From an uncultured Solirubrobacteraceae bacterium (lineage in GTDB: Bacteria > Actinomycetota > Thermoleophilia > Solirubrobacterales > Solirubrobacteraceae): DNA of 64,000 bases. The position numbers were made by a program, and so were the translations under genes. Position 1 is the first letter of the stretch; each line of letters starts with the position of its first letter. The notes under the pieces were generated by a model, which worked only from the letters and a program-made list of their open reading frames with translations, did no database searches and was not told the DNA's origin. The DNA lies in contig CAZPQW010000007.1 of assembly GCA_964588985.1 (NCBI GenBank), positions 1 through 64,000 on the forward strand, read 5' to 3'. Positions 1-8,439 of this stretch are shown here, one piece after another.

Positions 1-292
1 GGTTGGGGCGCGTGTAGCGCAGGCGCGCGTGCTCGTGCGCCTCCGGGTTGGCGTCCACGCCCACCACGCTCGCGGCGCTGCGGGCAAGCACGTCCGAGCC
101 GTAGCCCTCGCCGCAGGCCATGTCGATCGCGCGCACGCCGCCCAGCTGCGCGGCGATCCACTCGTAGACCACCAGGTGGCGGCGATACCAGTAGTTCTCC
201 TCGGGCACGTCCGGAAGCGTGCGCTCGCCGGTCAGGGCGAGCGGCGGAACGCCGTCCGGCTGGTCGCGCTGCAGATACAGAGTTGTGTTCAC
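1..292 (-). CDS. Class I SAM-dependent methyltransferase, Rv3030-like (5' part only; runs off the left edge)
   Basis: Not in the ORF track. Manual translation from GTG 292 gives ...LALTGERTLPDVPEENYWYRRHLVVYEWIA...AIDMACGEGYGSDVLA...VVGVDANPEAHEHARLRY, with SAM motif I and the TGERT/ENYW N-terminus of the Rv3030 family. Confidence 0.85.
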   Translation of the reverse strand, partial: MNTTLYLQRDQPDGVPPLALTGERTLPDVPEENYWYRRHLVVYEWIAAQLGGVRAIDMACGEGYGSDVLARSAASVVGVDANPEAHEHARLRYTRPN

Positions 293-367
293 AAAACGCC
301 TTTGGTCGGGAGGTTCAAGCCCAGGTGGAAGGCGCGGGCACGGCGCGCGAGTATATGGTGCCGCACC

Positions 368-1273
368 GTGACGCCCACTCTCACCGCCGAGGAGATCCGC
401 GACGCCAACACGCGCTACCACGACGTCGCGGCGGACCACTACGACTCCAAGTGGGGCATCGACTTCGGCGATCTCGGCCTCAGCCAGGTGACCGCAAAGG
501 TGCGCAAGGCGCTCGGCCGGGAGCCCGGCCACTTCGCGCGCTCGCTCGAGATCGGCTCCGGAACCGGCTACTTCACGCTCAACCTGATGCGCGCCGGGCT
601 GATCGGCGAAGCCACCTGCAGCGACATCTCCCCCGGGATGTTGGAGACGCTCGCCGCCAACGCCGAGCGCCTCGGCCTGAACGTCAAGACCGAACCCGCC
701 GACGCCGAGCGCCTGCCGTTCGCGGACAACAGCTTCGACCTCGTGCTCGGCCACGCTGTGCTCCACCACATCCCCGACCTGCAGCAGGCGTTCGTCGAAT
801 TCGAGCGCGTGCTCGCCCCGGGCGGCACGGTGCTGTTCGCCGGGGAGCCCTCGCGCTACGGCGACCGTCTCGCGACCGTGCCCAAGCGCTTCGCCACAAC
901 CGTCGCGCCGCTCTGGCGACGCGCGATCGGCGCGAGCGCCGCGCCGGTGGGCCACGCGCACGACTCCGACGAGGCACTCGAGGGCGTCGTCGACGTGCAC
1001 GCGTTCGCGCCGGGAGAACTGTCGAAGATGGCTCGCACCGCGGGGCTGGAGGACGTTCACGTCCGCGGCGAGGAGCTGCTCGCCAACTGGTTCGGCTGGA
1101 CCAACCGCACGCTGGAGGCCACCGCGATCCCCGAGGAGGTGCCGTGGGGCTGGCGCCTGTATGCGTATCGCGGCTACCTCGCGCTGCAGAAATTCGACAG
1201 CAGGCTGCTGGAGCCACGGCTACCGCCCGCGATCTTCTACAACCTGATGGTCGCAGCGCGCAAGCCCGCCTAA
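368..1273 (+). CDS. Class I SAM-dependent methyltransferase (Rv3038c-like)
   Basis: LEIGSGTG motif I, DAERLPFADNSFDLV, HAVLHHIPD, N-terminal YHDxxAxxYDxKW. Start set at GTG 368 after a TATGGT -10-like hexamer. Confidence 0.85.
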   Translation: MTPTLTAEEIRDANTRYHDVAADHYDSKWGIDFGDLGLSQVTAKVRKALGREPGHFARSLEIGSGTGYFTLNLMRAGLIGEATCSDISPGMLETLAANAERLGLNVKTEPADAERLPFADNSFDLVLGHAVLHHIPDLQQAFVEFERVLAPGGTVLFAGEPSRYGDRLATVPKRFATTVAPLWRRAIGASAAPVGHAHDSDEALEGVVDVHAFAPGELSKMARTAGLEDVHVRGEELLANWFGWTNRTLEATAIPEEVPWGWRLYAYRGYLALQKFDSRLLEPRLPPAIFYNLMVAARKPA

Positions 1274-1282
1274 ACTCGGGAG

Positions 1283-1930
1283 ATGACCGACCCCGAGCGT
1301 CCAACGCGGGGCTTTCCACTGTTCCCACTCGGCATCGTCGCGCTGCCGACCGAGGGCGTGCCGCTGCACATCTTCGAGGACCGCTACCGCAGGATGATCG
1401 AGCACTGTCTGCAGGCGCCGGCCGGATCGCTCGGCAGGCAGTTCGGCATCCTCTGGCTCTCCGAGCAGGAGCTCAAGCCGGTGGGCTGCGCGTGCGACGT
1501 CGAGGACGTGCTCGAGCGCATGGACGACGGCCGCCTGAACATCCTCGCGCGCGGGGTGCGCCCGTTTCGCCTGATCGAGCGCCAGGACGATCTCCCCTAT
1601 CCAGCCGGTGTGGTCGAGTTCCTCAAGGAGTCCGACGAGCAGAGCGACCCGGAAGCGGGGCGCGCGGCGCGCGAGCTCTACCGCAGGCTCGTCAGCGAAG
1701 CGACAGACCGCGAGCTGGAGGACGCGGAGCTCGCGCTGATGGACGCCTACCGCATGGCCGCGACCGTCGAGTTCGACGTCGAGGACAAGCAGGAGCTGCT
1801 CGAGCTGCGCTCCGAGAACGAGCGCCTGCGACTGCTCGCGCGGCTGCTCGGCGAAGCGATCGAACACCTGGAGATGCTCGAGCGCGCGCAGGTTCGCGCG
1901 CTGTCGAACGGCAAGGTCAGGTTCGGATAG
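1283..1930 (+). CDS. LON peptidase substrate-binding (Lon N-terminal) domain protein
   Basis: PLFPL...LP...PLHIFEDRYRRMI, DGRLNILARG, KQELLE...R motifs; no ATPase or protease domain. Confidence 0.85.
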   Translation: MTDPERPTRGFPLFPLGIVALPTEGVPLHIFEDRYRRMIEHCLQAPAGSLGRQFGILWLSEQELKPVGCACDVEDVLERMDDGRLNILARGVRPFRLIERQDDLPYPAGVVEFLKESDEQSDPEAGRAARELYRRLVSEATDRELEDAELALMDAYRMAATVEFDVEDKQELLELRSENERLRLLARLLGEAIEHLEMLERAQVRALSNGKVRFG

Positions 1931-3329
1931 CGCTGGCGAGCCGAGCGAGCTCCGCGAAGCCCTGCTCGACCCCATCCACCAACACATCGAGGTCGGGGGT
2001 GGAGTCACGATCGGCGCTGATCCCGATCACCACGCCGCCGTCGTAGGAGAAGATCGCGATGCCCACCGCGTGCCCGGCGGCGAGCGGAACGATCGGCTGC
2101 AGCTCGCGCAGCGGCGCGCCGAACGCATATAGCGGTTCGCGGGGACCGGGCACGTTGGTGATCGTCAGGTTGAACAGGCGCGTCGCGTAGAGCGAGCGCG
2201 CGATCGGCGCGTGCAGGAACGGCGGGGCGAACGCGGCGAGGTCGAGCGTCGTCGCCGCTCCGAGCGCCGCGTCGGAGGCCTTAAGCCTGCTCGTGCGCTC
2301 CACCACCTCGCGCAGCCGCGCCACGGGATCAGCCTCGGCGACGGGAAGCTCCACGAACAGCGAGCTCACGCGGTTGCCAAGCGCGTACCCCTCGGAGGAC
2401 TCGCGGACGTTCATCGGCACCATCGCGCGCACGCCCCGCACTGGCGGCTCCTCGCCTCGTGAGATGAGCAGCTCGCGCAGACCGGCGGCGCACGCCGCGA
2501 GCAGCACGTCGTTGACCGAGCCGCCGAGCTCGCCGCGGATCGCCTTCACCTCGTCGAGCGTTACGCGCACCACCCGATAGCGGCGGGTGGCGCCGATCGG
2601 AACGTTGATGGACGTGCTGGGCGCGGCCACGATCTCGTCATGCACCAGCAGATCGGCCACGGAGCGCCCCTTGCGCAGCGCCTCGCGCGGGTGCCTTGCC
2701 GCGTTCACGCCGGCGGAGGCCGCGCGGCTGCCCGTCCTCGCGATCTCCGAGACCGCTTCCGGTGGGCGCAGAAACGCCTGCCACGGCGAGTCCGGCGCGT
2801 GCCCCGAGTCTCGCTGCTCCGCGGCGGCGGGGAGCGCGGGCGGCTCGGCGTCGAGCAGCAGGTGCACCACGTCGACAGAGCCCACGCCGTCGACGAGCGC
2901 GTGGTGCGTCTTGGTGACGAGCGCCCAGCGACCGTGCTCGAGCCCCTCCACCAGCACCAGCTCCCACAGCGGGCGGGTGCGGTCGAGGCGGTGTGAGAAG
3001 TAGTCGGCCGCCCACTCGCTCAGCTCGGCGTCGCCGCCTGGCGCTGGCAGCGCGGCTCGGTGCACGTGGTTGCGCAGGTCGAACCGGGGATCGTCCTCCC
3101 AGCGCGGCCACGTCAGCCCGCCCGTGCGCTCCGAGGACAGGCGTTGGGAGTAGCGCGGCAGCAGCGTCAGGCGCGAGGCGATGTTCTCACACACCGCGTC
3201 GAGCGTCGGCACGTCCCCGTGCGGCACCGGGTCGAAGACCATCAGGCCGCCGATGTGCATCGTCGCGCCCTCGTCCATCTGCTCCAGCTCCAGGAACGTC
3301 GCGTCGAGTGCCGTGAGTGAATTGCTCAT
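1917..3329 (-). CDS. Wax ester synthase / diacylglycerol acyltransferase (WS/DGAT)
   Basis: HHALVDGVG catalytic motif, LDATFLELE N-terminus, RLDRTRPLWE, NLTITNVPGP. Confidence 0.93.
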   Translation of the reverse strand: MSNSLTALDATFLELEQMDEGATMHIGGLMVFDPVPHGDVPTLDAVCENIASRLTLLPRYSQRLSSERTGGLTWPRWEDDPRFDLRNHVHRAALPAPGGDAELSEWAADYFSHRLDRTRPLWELVLVEGLEHGRWALVTKTHHALVDGVGSVDVVHLLLDAEPPALPAAAEQRDSGHAPDSPWQAFLRPPEAVSEIARTGSRAASAGVNAARHPREALRKGRSVADLLVHDEIVAAPSTSINVPIGATRRYRVVRVTLDEVKAIRGELGGSVNDVLLAACAAGLRELLISRGEEPPVRGVRAMVPMNVRESSEGYALGNRVSSLFVELPVAEADPVARLREVVERTSRLKASDAALGAATTLDLAAFAPPFLHAPIARSLYATRLFNLTITNVPGPREPLYAFGAPLRELQPIVPLAAGHAVGIAIFSYDGGVVIGISADRDSTPDLDVLVDGVEQGFAELARLASAIRT

Positions 3330-3420
3330 GGCCGCAACCTACGTCGAGGGGCCCCAGGGTGTCATCAGTGACGACGTGCACCGGTCACCGTAGTAACCCG
3401 CAGCGGAGCCTCGCGCAGAT

Positions 3421-4203
3421 CTAGTGCTTGCGCGCGGAGACGAACTGCGCGAGCCCACTCACACGCTGCTCGATGTCGGACAGGCCACGGTCCCGCAGCG
3501 CTCCGGTGAGCTCGTCGCGGGCGAAGATCCGCACCCCGGTGAGGCGACGCACGACCCTGTTGTTCACCTCCGCGGGAAACGGCCCGCGGCTGCAGCTGGA
3601 GAGCAGCGCGACGCGGCCCCCAGGCGCGAGCACGCGAGCGATCTCGTCGATCGCCTTCATCGGCTCCTCGATGAGATACAGCGCCGCGAAGCAGCACACC
3701 GCGTCGAACGCGCCGTCCGCGAACGGGAGCGCACAGGCATCTCCGCGTACGTACGCCACATTGGCGCTCTGCGTGTCGGCGACCGCACGGGCGAGCATCG
3801 TCGCGGAGGCATCGACGCCCACCACCAGGCCGTCGTCGACCGCGAGCGCGAAGTCGCGCGAGAAGTTGCCCGGCCCGCAGGCGACGTCGAGCACGCGCTC
3901 GCCCGGGGCGAGGGTGAGCATCTCGAGCGCGATGCGGTGCTCCTCGGCCGTGTCGGGACCGGTCAAGCCCATCAGCAGCCGCGCGCCGAGCGGGCGCCAC
4001 ATCCGCTCGTAGACGAGCGGCAGCACGCTGCTGACCATCAGCCGCTGCCCGAAGTGCGATCCGGTGGGGTCCTCCTCTCCGAGCAGCTCGATCCAGCCGC
4101 GCTCGACCCGTGGCGCCGCCGGGCGACGATCGGGCTCGAACAGCGCCAGTGCGCGCTCGATCGCCGAAGCGGGCGAGAGGTTGGGGTCGTGGTCAGGAGT
4201 CAT
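3421..4203 (-). CDS. Methyltransferase type 11 (UbiE-like)
   Basis: VLDVACGPG, GVDASATML, GDACALPFADGAFDAV. Confidence 0.85.
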   Translation of the reverse strand: MTPDHDPNLSPASAIERALALFEPDRRPAAPRVERGWIELLGEEDPTGSHFGQRLMVSSVLPLVYERMWRPLGARLLMGLTGPDTAEEHRIALEMLTLAPGERVLDVACGPGNFSRDFALAVDDGLVVGVDASATMLARAVADTQSANVAYVRGDACALPFADGAFDAVCCFAALYLIEEPMKAIDEIARVLAPGGRVALLSSCSRGPFPAEVNNRVVRRLTGVRIFARDELTGALRDRGLSDIEQRVSGLAQFVSARKH

Positions 4204-4213
4204 GGTTGCGCGC

Positions 4214-4627
4214 CTATTCGGGCAGATGGCAGACCTGCTGCGCGGCTTCCACCACGAACAGCTGCAGCTGATGGAGGACGCCTGGCTGGTGCGGTGAGTT
4301 GTCGCTGAAGCGGACCGTGCCGTCTTCGTCGCGTACGTTGTATTCGAACACCGAGCCGGGCGCCGATGGCAGGACGAGGTTGGAGGAGGCGGCTTCCTTG
4401 AGTTCTTCCTGCGTGGCCTTCGCGATCACGAGCTGATGGTCACTCAGTTTGAGCACCGGCCCGCCGTTGCACGTCACGTTGCCTTCTTCGTTGACGAGCA
4501 TCGTCAGGCGCGCGTGCGGAGTGGATCCGCTGCGTTTGACCAGGAACAGGTCGGCCGCCTTGACGCCGCCGCAGCCAGAGGCGAAGACCACGGCCAGCAT
4601 CACCCCGAGCATCGCAACGGGCTTCAC
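4214..4627 (-). CDS. Hypothetical lipoprotein
   Basis: GTG start overlaps the ggt stop (GTGA). Signal MKPVAMLGVMLAVVFASGC ends in a lipobox-like ASGC. Confidence 0.7.
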   Translation of the reverse strand: MKPVAMLGVMLAVVFASGCGGVKAADLFLVKRSGSTPHARLTMLVNEEGNVTCNGGPVLKLSDHQLVIAKATQEELKEAASSNLVLPSAPGSVFEYNVRDEDGTVRFSDNSPHQPGVLHQLQLFVVEAAQQVCHLPE

Positions 4628-6111
4628 GCGTTCACCGCCACACCGCCACGCCGTGGATCGCCCGCGCCGCTCAGGCGCTCGCCGCGACGCATGGCCGCCT
4701 GAACCCCGCCGAAGAACAGGTTGGGCGTGCCGAACCGCACGACGTTCGCATCGGCGTCCAGGCGACTGACGTCGATCCCCGGCTCGGCGAACACCACCCC
4801 GTTTTCCAGGTGCACGCGCGGAGCGTCGACCGCCTCTCGCACCTCCATCTCCCCGTCCACCACTCCGACGATCGTCTGCAGCAGCGCTGAGCGGATGCGG
4901 TTGGAGCCGGCGCTGCCGAGCACCAGCTCGACCTCGCCTTCGCGCATCACCACCGACGGGGCCATCATGCTCGGCATCCTGCGCCCAGCGAGGTGCTGAT
5001 GAAAGCCGAACGGGTTGAGGTCCTCCTCCCCCATCACGTTGTTCAGGTGCAGGCCCGTGCCCGGCACCACGACGCCCGAGCCCTCGCCGTTGGTGCACGT
5101 GACGCTGCACGCGCAGCCGTTGGTGTCGATCGCGGAGATGTGCGTGGTCGAGCCGAGGCGGGCGGCGAGGAAGTCGTCCAGGAAGCCCTCCCGGTCGAGA
5201 CCTTTGAGGAAGTCCGGCGTGCGCTCCGCCTGTGCGGCGCCCATCGCCGAGATCATGTCGCGCAGGCTCGGCGGCGCGGGCCCGCGGTCGAGCAGCGCGA
5301 GCGCGTAGGAGAGCAGCGTGCCGCCCGCGGACGGCGGCGGGTTGGTGAGGATCTCGCGGTCGCGGTAGGCGATCCTTGCGGGCTCGCGCTCGATCGCGCG
5401 GTAGTCGGCGAGGTTCTGTGCCGTGAGCGTGCTGCCGCGCGCGCCCAGCCACTCGCACACCGCGGCCGCGATGTCGCCGCGGTAGAACGGCTCGGCTCCC
5501 TCACTCGCAAGGCGCCGCAGCGCCTCGGCGAGCTCGGGGTTGCGCAGCGTGTCCCCCTCCTGGAGGATGCGCCCGTCGGGCGCCCAGAGGGCGGTGCACT
5601 CGGGCGTCGATTTGAGCAGGTCGGCGAGGATCTTCGCCACGTAGGCCTGCCCGTGGTTGATCTCGACCCCGTCATGCGCGAGCCGCGCGGCCGGCTCGAC
5701 GAGGTCCTCGAGCGACGCGGTGCCCCACCTGCGCATCGCCTCGCACACACCCGCGGGCACGCCGTAGACGCCGCAGGAGGCGGGGCCTATGTGGAACACC
5801 TGCACCGCGTCGCCGAAGGACACCTCCACGCCGTGCAGCTCCACGAGCGAGCCACCGCCGGCGAGGTGCGTCTCGCGGCCGGCGGGCGCCTCGACGAAGA
5901 AGTCGAGCAGCGTCGGCTCCACGCCGCCCCCGGCCACGAGCATGTATCCGCCCGCCCCCAGCCCGGTGAGCAGCGACTCGGCGACGAACGACGTGAGCAT
6001 CGCCGCGACGGCCGCGTCGACCGCGTTGCCGCCTTCGCGCAGCACCCTCGCACCCGCGTGCGCGCTCAGGGGATGCCCCGCCGCGACGACTCCCTTCTCA
6101 GCTGCGCTCAT
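4624..6111 (-). CDS. ggt: Gamma-glutamyltransferase
   Basis: GGNAVDAAVAA, TGLGAGGY, FYRGDIA, nucleophile STTHISAID, SMMAP, LGSAGSNRI, GAGDPRRGG. Confidence 0.92.
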   Translation of the reverse strand: MSAAEKGVVAAGHPLSAHAGARVLREGGNAVDAAVAAMLTSFVAESLLTGLGAGGYMLVAGGGVEPTLLDFFVEAPAGRETHLAGGGSLVELHGVEVSFGDAVQVFHIGPASCGVYGVPAGVCEAMRRWGTASLEDLVEPAARLAHDGVEINHGQAYVAKILADLLKSTPECTALWAPDGRILQEGDTLRNPELAEALRRLASEGAEPFYRGDIAAAVCEWLGARGSTLTAQNLADYRAIEREPARIAYRDREILTNPPPSAGGTLLSYALALLDRGPAPPSLRDMISAMGAAQAERTPDFLKGLDREGFLDDFLAARLGSTTHISAIDTNGCACSVTCTNGEGSGVVVPGTGLHLNNVMGEEDLNPFGFHQHLAGRRMPSMMAPSVVMREGEVELVLGSAGSNRIRSALLQTIVGVVDGEMEVREAVDAPRVHLENGVVFAEPGIDVSRLDADANVVRFGTPNLFFGGVQAAMRRGERLSGAGDPRRGGVAVNA

Positions 6112-6162
6112 TGCAGAGCGATACCACAGCGGGCGCCAACGATGCGGCGCGCGCGATGGGAG

Positions 6163-7596
6163 CTAGAGGTTGGGGAGGAACTCTGGGATCTGCAGATCGT
6201 CCGTGAGGCTGCCGCGGCGCGATACCCGGACTGGCCCGGCGCGCTGCACCTTGACCTCGCCGACGGGCTCTTTGTAGCGGCTGACGCTCTTGCGCCGGCC
6301 CTCGTCGCCGTAGCCGGTGGCGACCACGGTGACCCACACCTGATCGTCGAGCTTTTCGTCGACCATCGCGCCGAAGATGATGTTGGCGTCCGGGTGCGCC
6401 GCCTCAGAGACCGACTTGGCGGCCTCGTTGACCTCCCACAGCGACAGGTTCGCCCCGCCGGTGATCGAAAGCAGGATCGAGCGGGCGCCTTCCATCGATG
6501 TTTCAAGCAGCGGCGATGAGACCGCCTGCTGCGCGGCCTCGACGGCGCGGTTCTCGCCCACGCCCATGCCGATCCCGAGCAGCGCGTTGCCAGCCTCGCT
6601 CATGATGGTGCGCACGTCCGCGAAGTCGAGGTTGATCAGCCCGGGGAGCGTGACCAGATCGGAGATCCCCTGCACTCCCTGGCGCAGCACGTCGTCGGCG
6701 ACACGGAAGGCCTCGACCATCGCGGTCTGCTTGTCGAGCACCGTCAGCAGGCGGTTGTTGGGCACCACGATCAGCGTGTCGACCTCTTCGGCGAGCGCCG
6801 CCACACCGCGCTCTGCCTGGTCGCGGCGGCGCGTGCCCTCGAACCCGAACGGCTTGGTCACGATCGCGACGGTAAGCGCGCCCACCTCGCGGGCGATCCG
6901 TGCAACGACGGGCGCGGCGCCGGTGCCGGTGCCGCCGCCTGCGCCCGCGGTGATGAACACCATGTCCGAGCCCTTGAGCAGAGCCTTCATGCGGTCGTAG
7001 TCCTCCATCGCCGCCTGACGGCCCACGTTTGCGTCCGAGCCTGAGCCGAGCCCGCGCGTGAGCTCCGCGCCGATGTGCAACGTGAGATCGGCGGTCGACT
7101 GCTGCAGCGACTGAACGTCGGTGTTGACGGCGAGGAACTCGATCCCCTCGACCTCAGCCTCGACCATGCGGTTGACTGCGTTGACGCCGCCTCCGCCCAC
7201 GCCGACGACGCGGATGATCGGCTGGCCGCTGCCGGCGCTCGACGGCGCGCGGTAGTCGCGCGGATAGTCGTCCATCGTCGGGCGGGGAGCGGGGCGCTCC
7301 ATCACGTTCTCGGGGATCTCGGAGGAGAACGCGTGGCGCAGCCGCTCCTGCGGGCTGGGGATGCGCACGTCCTCACGCGGCGCCTCGGGCGCGGCGCTCA
7401 GGGCGGGGTGCGGCAGGCCGCTCTCGCGCGGGTGAGCGGGCGCCGACGCCTGCTCGCTTTCCGCGGCGGGCGTGTCGCGTCGGATCTCGACCCGCGGCTC
7501 GCGCCCGTCGATCTCGCCGTCGATGTCTTCGGTCTTGCGGAACAGGGCGGCGAGAGGTCCTTCGCGCATGCTCGCGCGCTTGTTAGCGTTGGCCAT
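6163..7596 (-). CDS. ftsZ: Cell division protein FtsZ with ~125-aa N-terminal extension
   Basis: IRVVGVGGGGVNAVNRM, tubulin signature GGGTGTGAAP, T7 loop PGLINLDFADV, C-terminal peptide DDLQIPEFL. AGGAGG RBS upstream; start overlaps the parA stop. Confidence 0.97.
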   Translation of the reverse strand: MANANKRASMREGPLAALFRKTEDIDGEIDGREPRVEIRRDTPAAESEQASAPAHPRESGLPHPALSAAPEAPREDVRIPSPQERLRHAFSSEIPENVMERPAPRPTMDDYPRDYRAPSSAGSGQPIIRVVGVGGGGVNAVNRMVEAEVEGIEFLAVNTDVQSLQQSTADLTLHIGAELTRGLGSGSDANVGRQAAMEDYDRMKALLKGSDMVFITAGAGGGTGTGAAPVVARIAREVGALTVAIVTKPFGFEGTRRRDQAERGVAALAEEVDTLIVVPNNRLLTVLDKQTAMVEAFRVADDVLRQGVQGISDLVTLPGLINLDFADVRTIMSEAGNALLGIGMGVGENRAVEAAQQAVSSPLLETSMEGARSILLSITGGANLSLWEVNEAAKSVSEAAHPDANIIFGAMVDEKLDDQVWVTVVATGYGDEGRRKSVSRYKEPVGEVKVQRAGPVRVSRRGSLTDDLQIPEFLPNL

Positions 7597-8350
7597 TGGT
7601 GAGAACCTCCTGCGCGAGTTGTCGGTAGGACTGAGCCGCGACTCCGTCCGGCTCGTACTTGAGGACCGACATGCCCTTCACCGGAGCCTCTGCGAAGCGA
7701 ACGGTCTTGCGGATGCGCGACGCGAACACGCGGTCGCCGAAGTTTTCCTCGAGGATCTCGATCGCCTCCTTGGCGTGGATCGTGCGCGAGTCCACCAGCG
7801 TCGGCAGGATGCCCTCGATGTCGACGCCGGGGTTGAGGTTCTCGCGGATCATCGCTAGCGTGTTCTGCAGCTGGATCAACCCGCGCATCGACAGATACTC
7901 GCACTGCACCGGGACGATCACCTTGTCGGCGGCGGTGAGCGCGTTGATCGTCAGCAGGCCCAGGCTGGGCGGCGTGTCGATGCAGATGAAGTCGTAGTCG
8001 TCGAGGATCGGTTCGAAGGCCTTCTGCAGGGAGCGCTCGCGGCCGATCATCGTCGACATCGCGATCTCCGCTCCGGCGAGGTCGATCGATGCGCACGCGA
8101 CGTCGATCTCGCGCTTGCGGACCACCTCGCGGATCGAGACTTTGTGCACGAGCACGTCGTACATCGATTTGTCGAGCGTGTCGGGGTCGATCCCCTGGGA
8201 CATCGTCAGGTTGCCCTGCGGGTCCATGTCGACGCACAGCACGCGGTGGCCCTCCTCCGCGAACGCGGCGGCGAGGTTGAGCGTGGTCGTCGTCTTGGCC
8301 ACCCCGCCCTTCTGGTTGGCGAACGCGATGACCTTGGCCTTGCCTTGCAC
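7583..8350 (-). CDS. parA: ParA/Soj family ATPase
   Basis: Deviant Walker A NQKGGVAKTTT, VDMDPQGNLT, IDTPPSLG, PVQCEYLS, IRKTVRFAEAP. GTG 8350 preceded by GGAG. Confidence 0.95.
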   Translation of the reverse strand: MQGKAKVIAFANQKGGVAKTTTTLNLAAAFAEEGHRVLCVDMDPQGNLTMSQGIDPDTLDKSMYDVLVHKVSIREVVRKREIDVACASIDLAGAEIAMSTMIGRERSLQKAFEPILDDYDFICIDTPPSLGLLTINALTAADKVIVPVQCEYLSMRGLIQLQNTLAMIRENLNPGVDIEGILPTLVDSRTIHAKEAIEILEENFGDRVFASRIRKTVRFAEAPVKGMSVLKYEPDGVAAQSYRQLAQEVLTNGQR

Positions 8351-8439
8351 GGTGGCTCCGATAGTCGATTGCTGGAAAGCCGTCCGGTGGGTATTCGCAT
8401 GACGAGGGCGGATTCCTGCATGGGAACTACGATCCGGAG

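Noticed and set aside
283-2046. Long overlapping Arg/Ala/Pro-rich ORFs here and throughout (e.g. 4993-6519, 55251-56945, 56140-57795)
   Set aside because: Shadow frames expected at ~70% GC; they carry no motifs and overlap well-supported genes.
7583-8350. Plasmid or chromosome-origin parAB locus
   Set aside because: No parB, rep, dnaA or gidB context and no parS palindrome noticed; the flanks are housekeeping genes.
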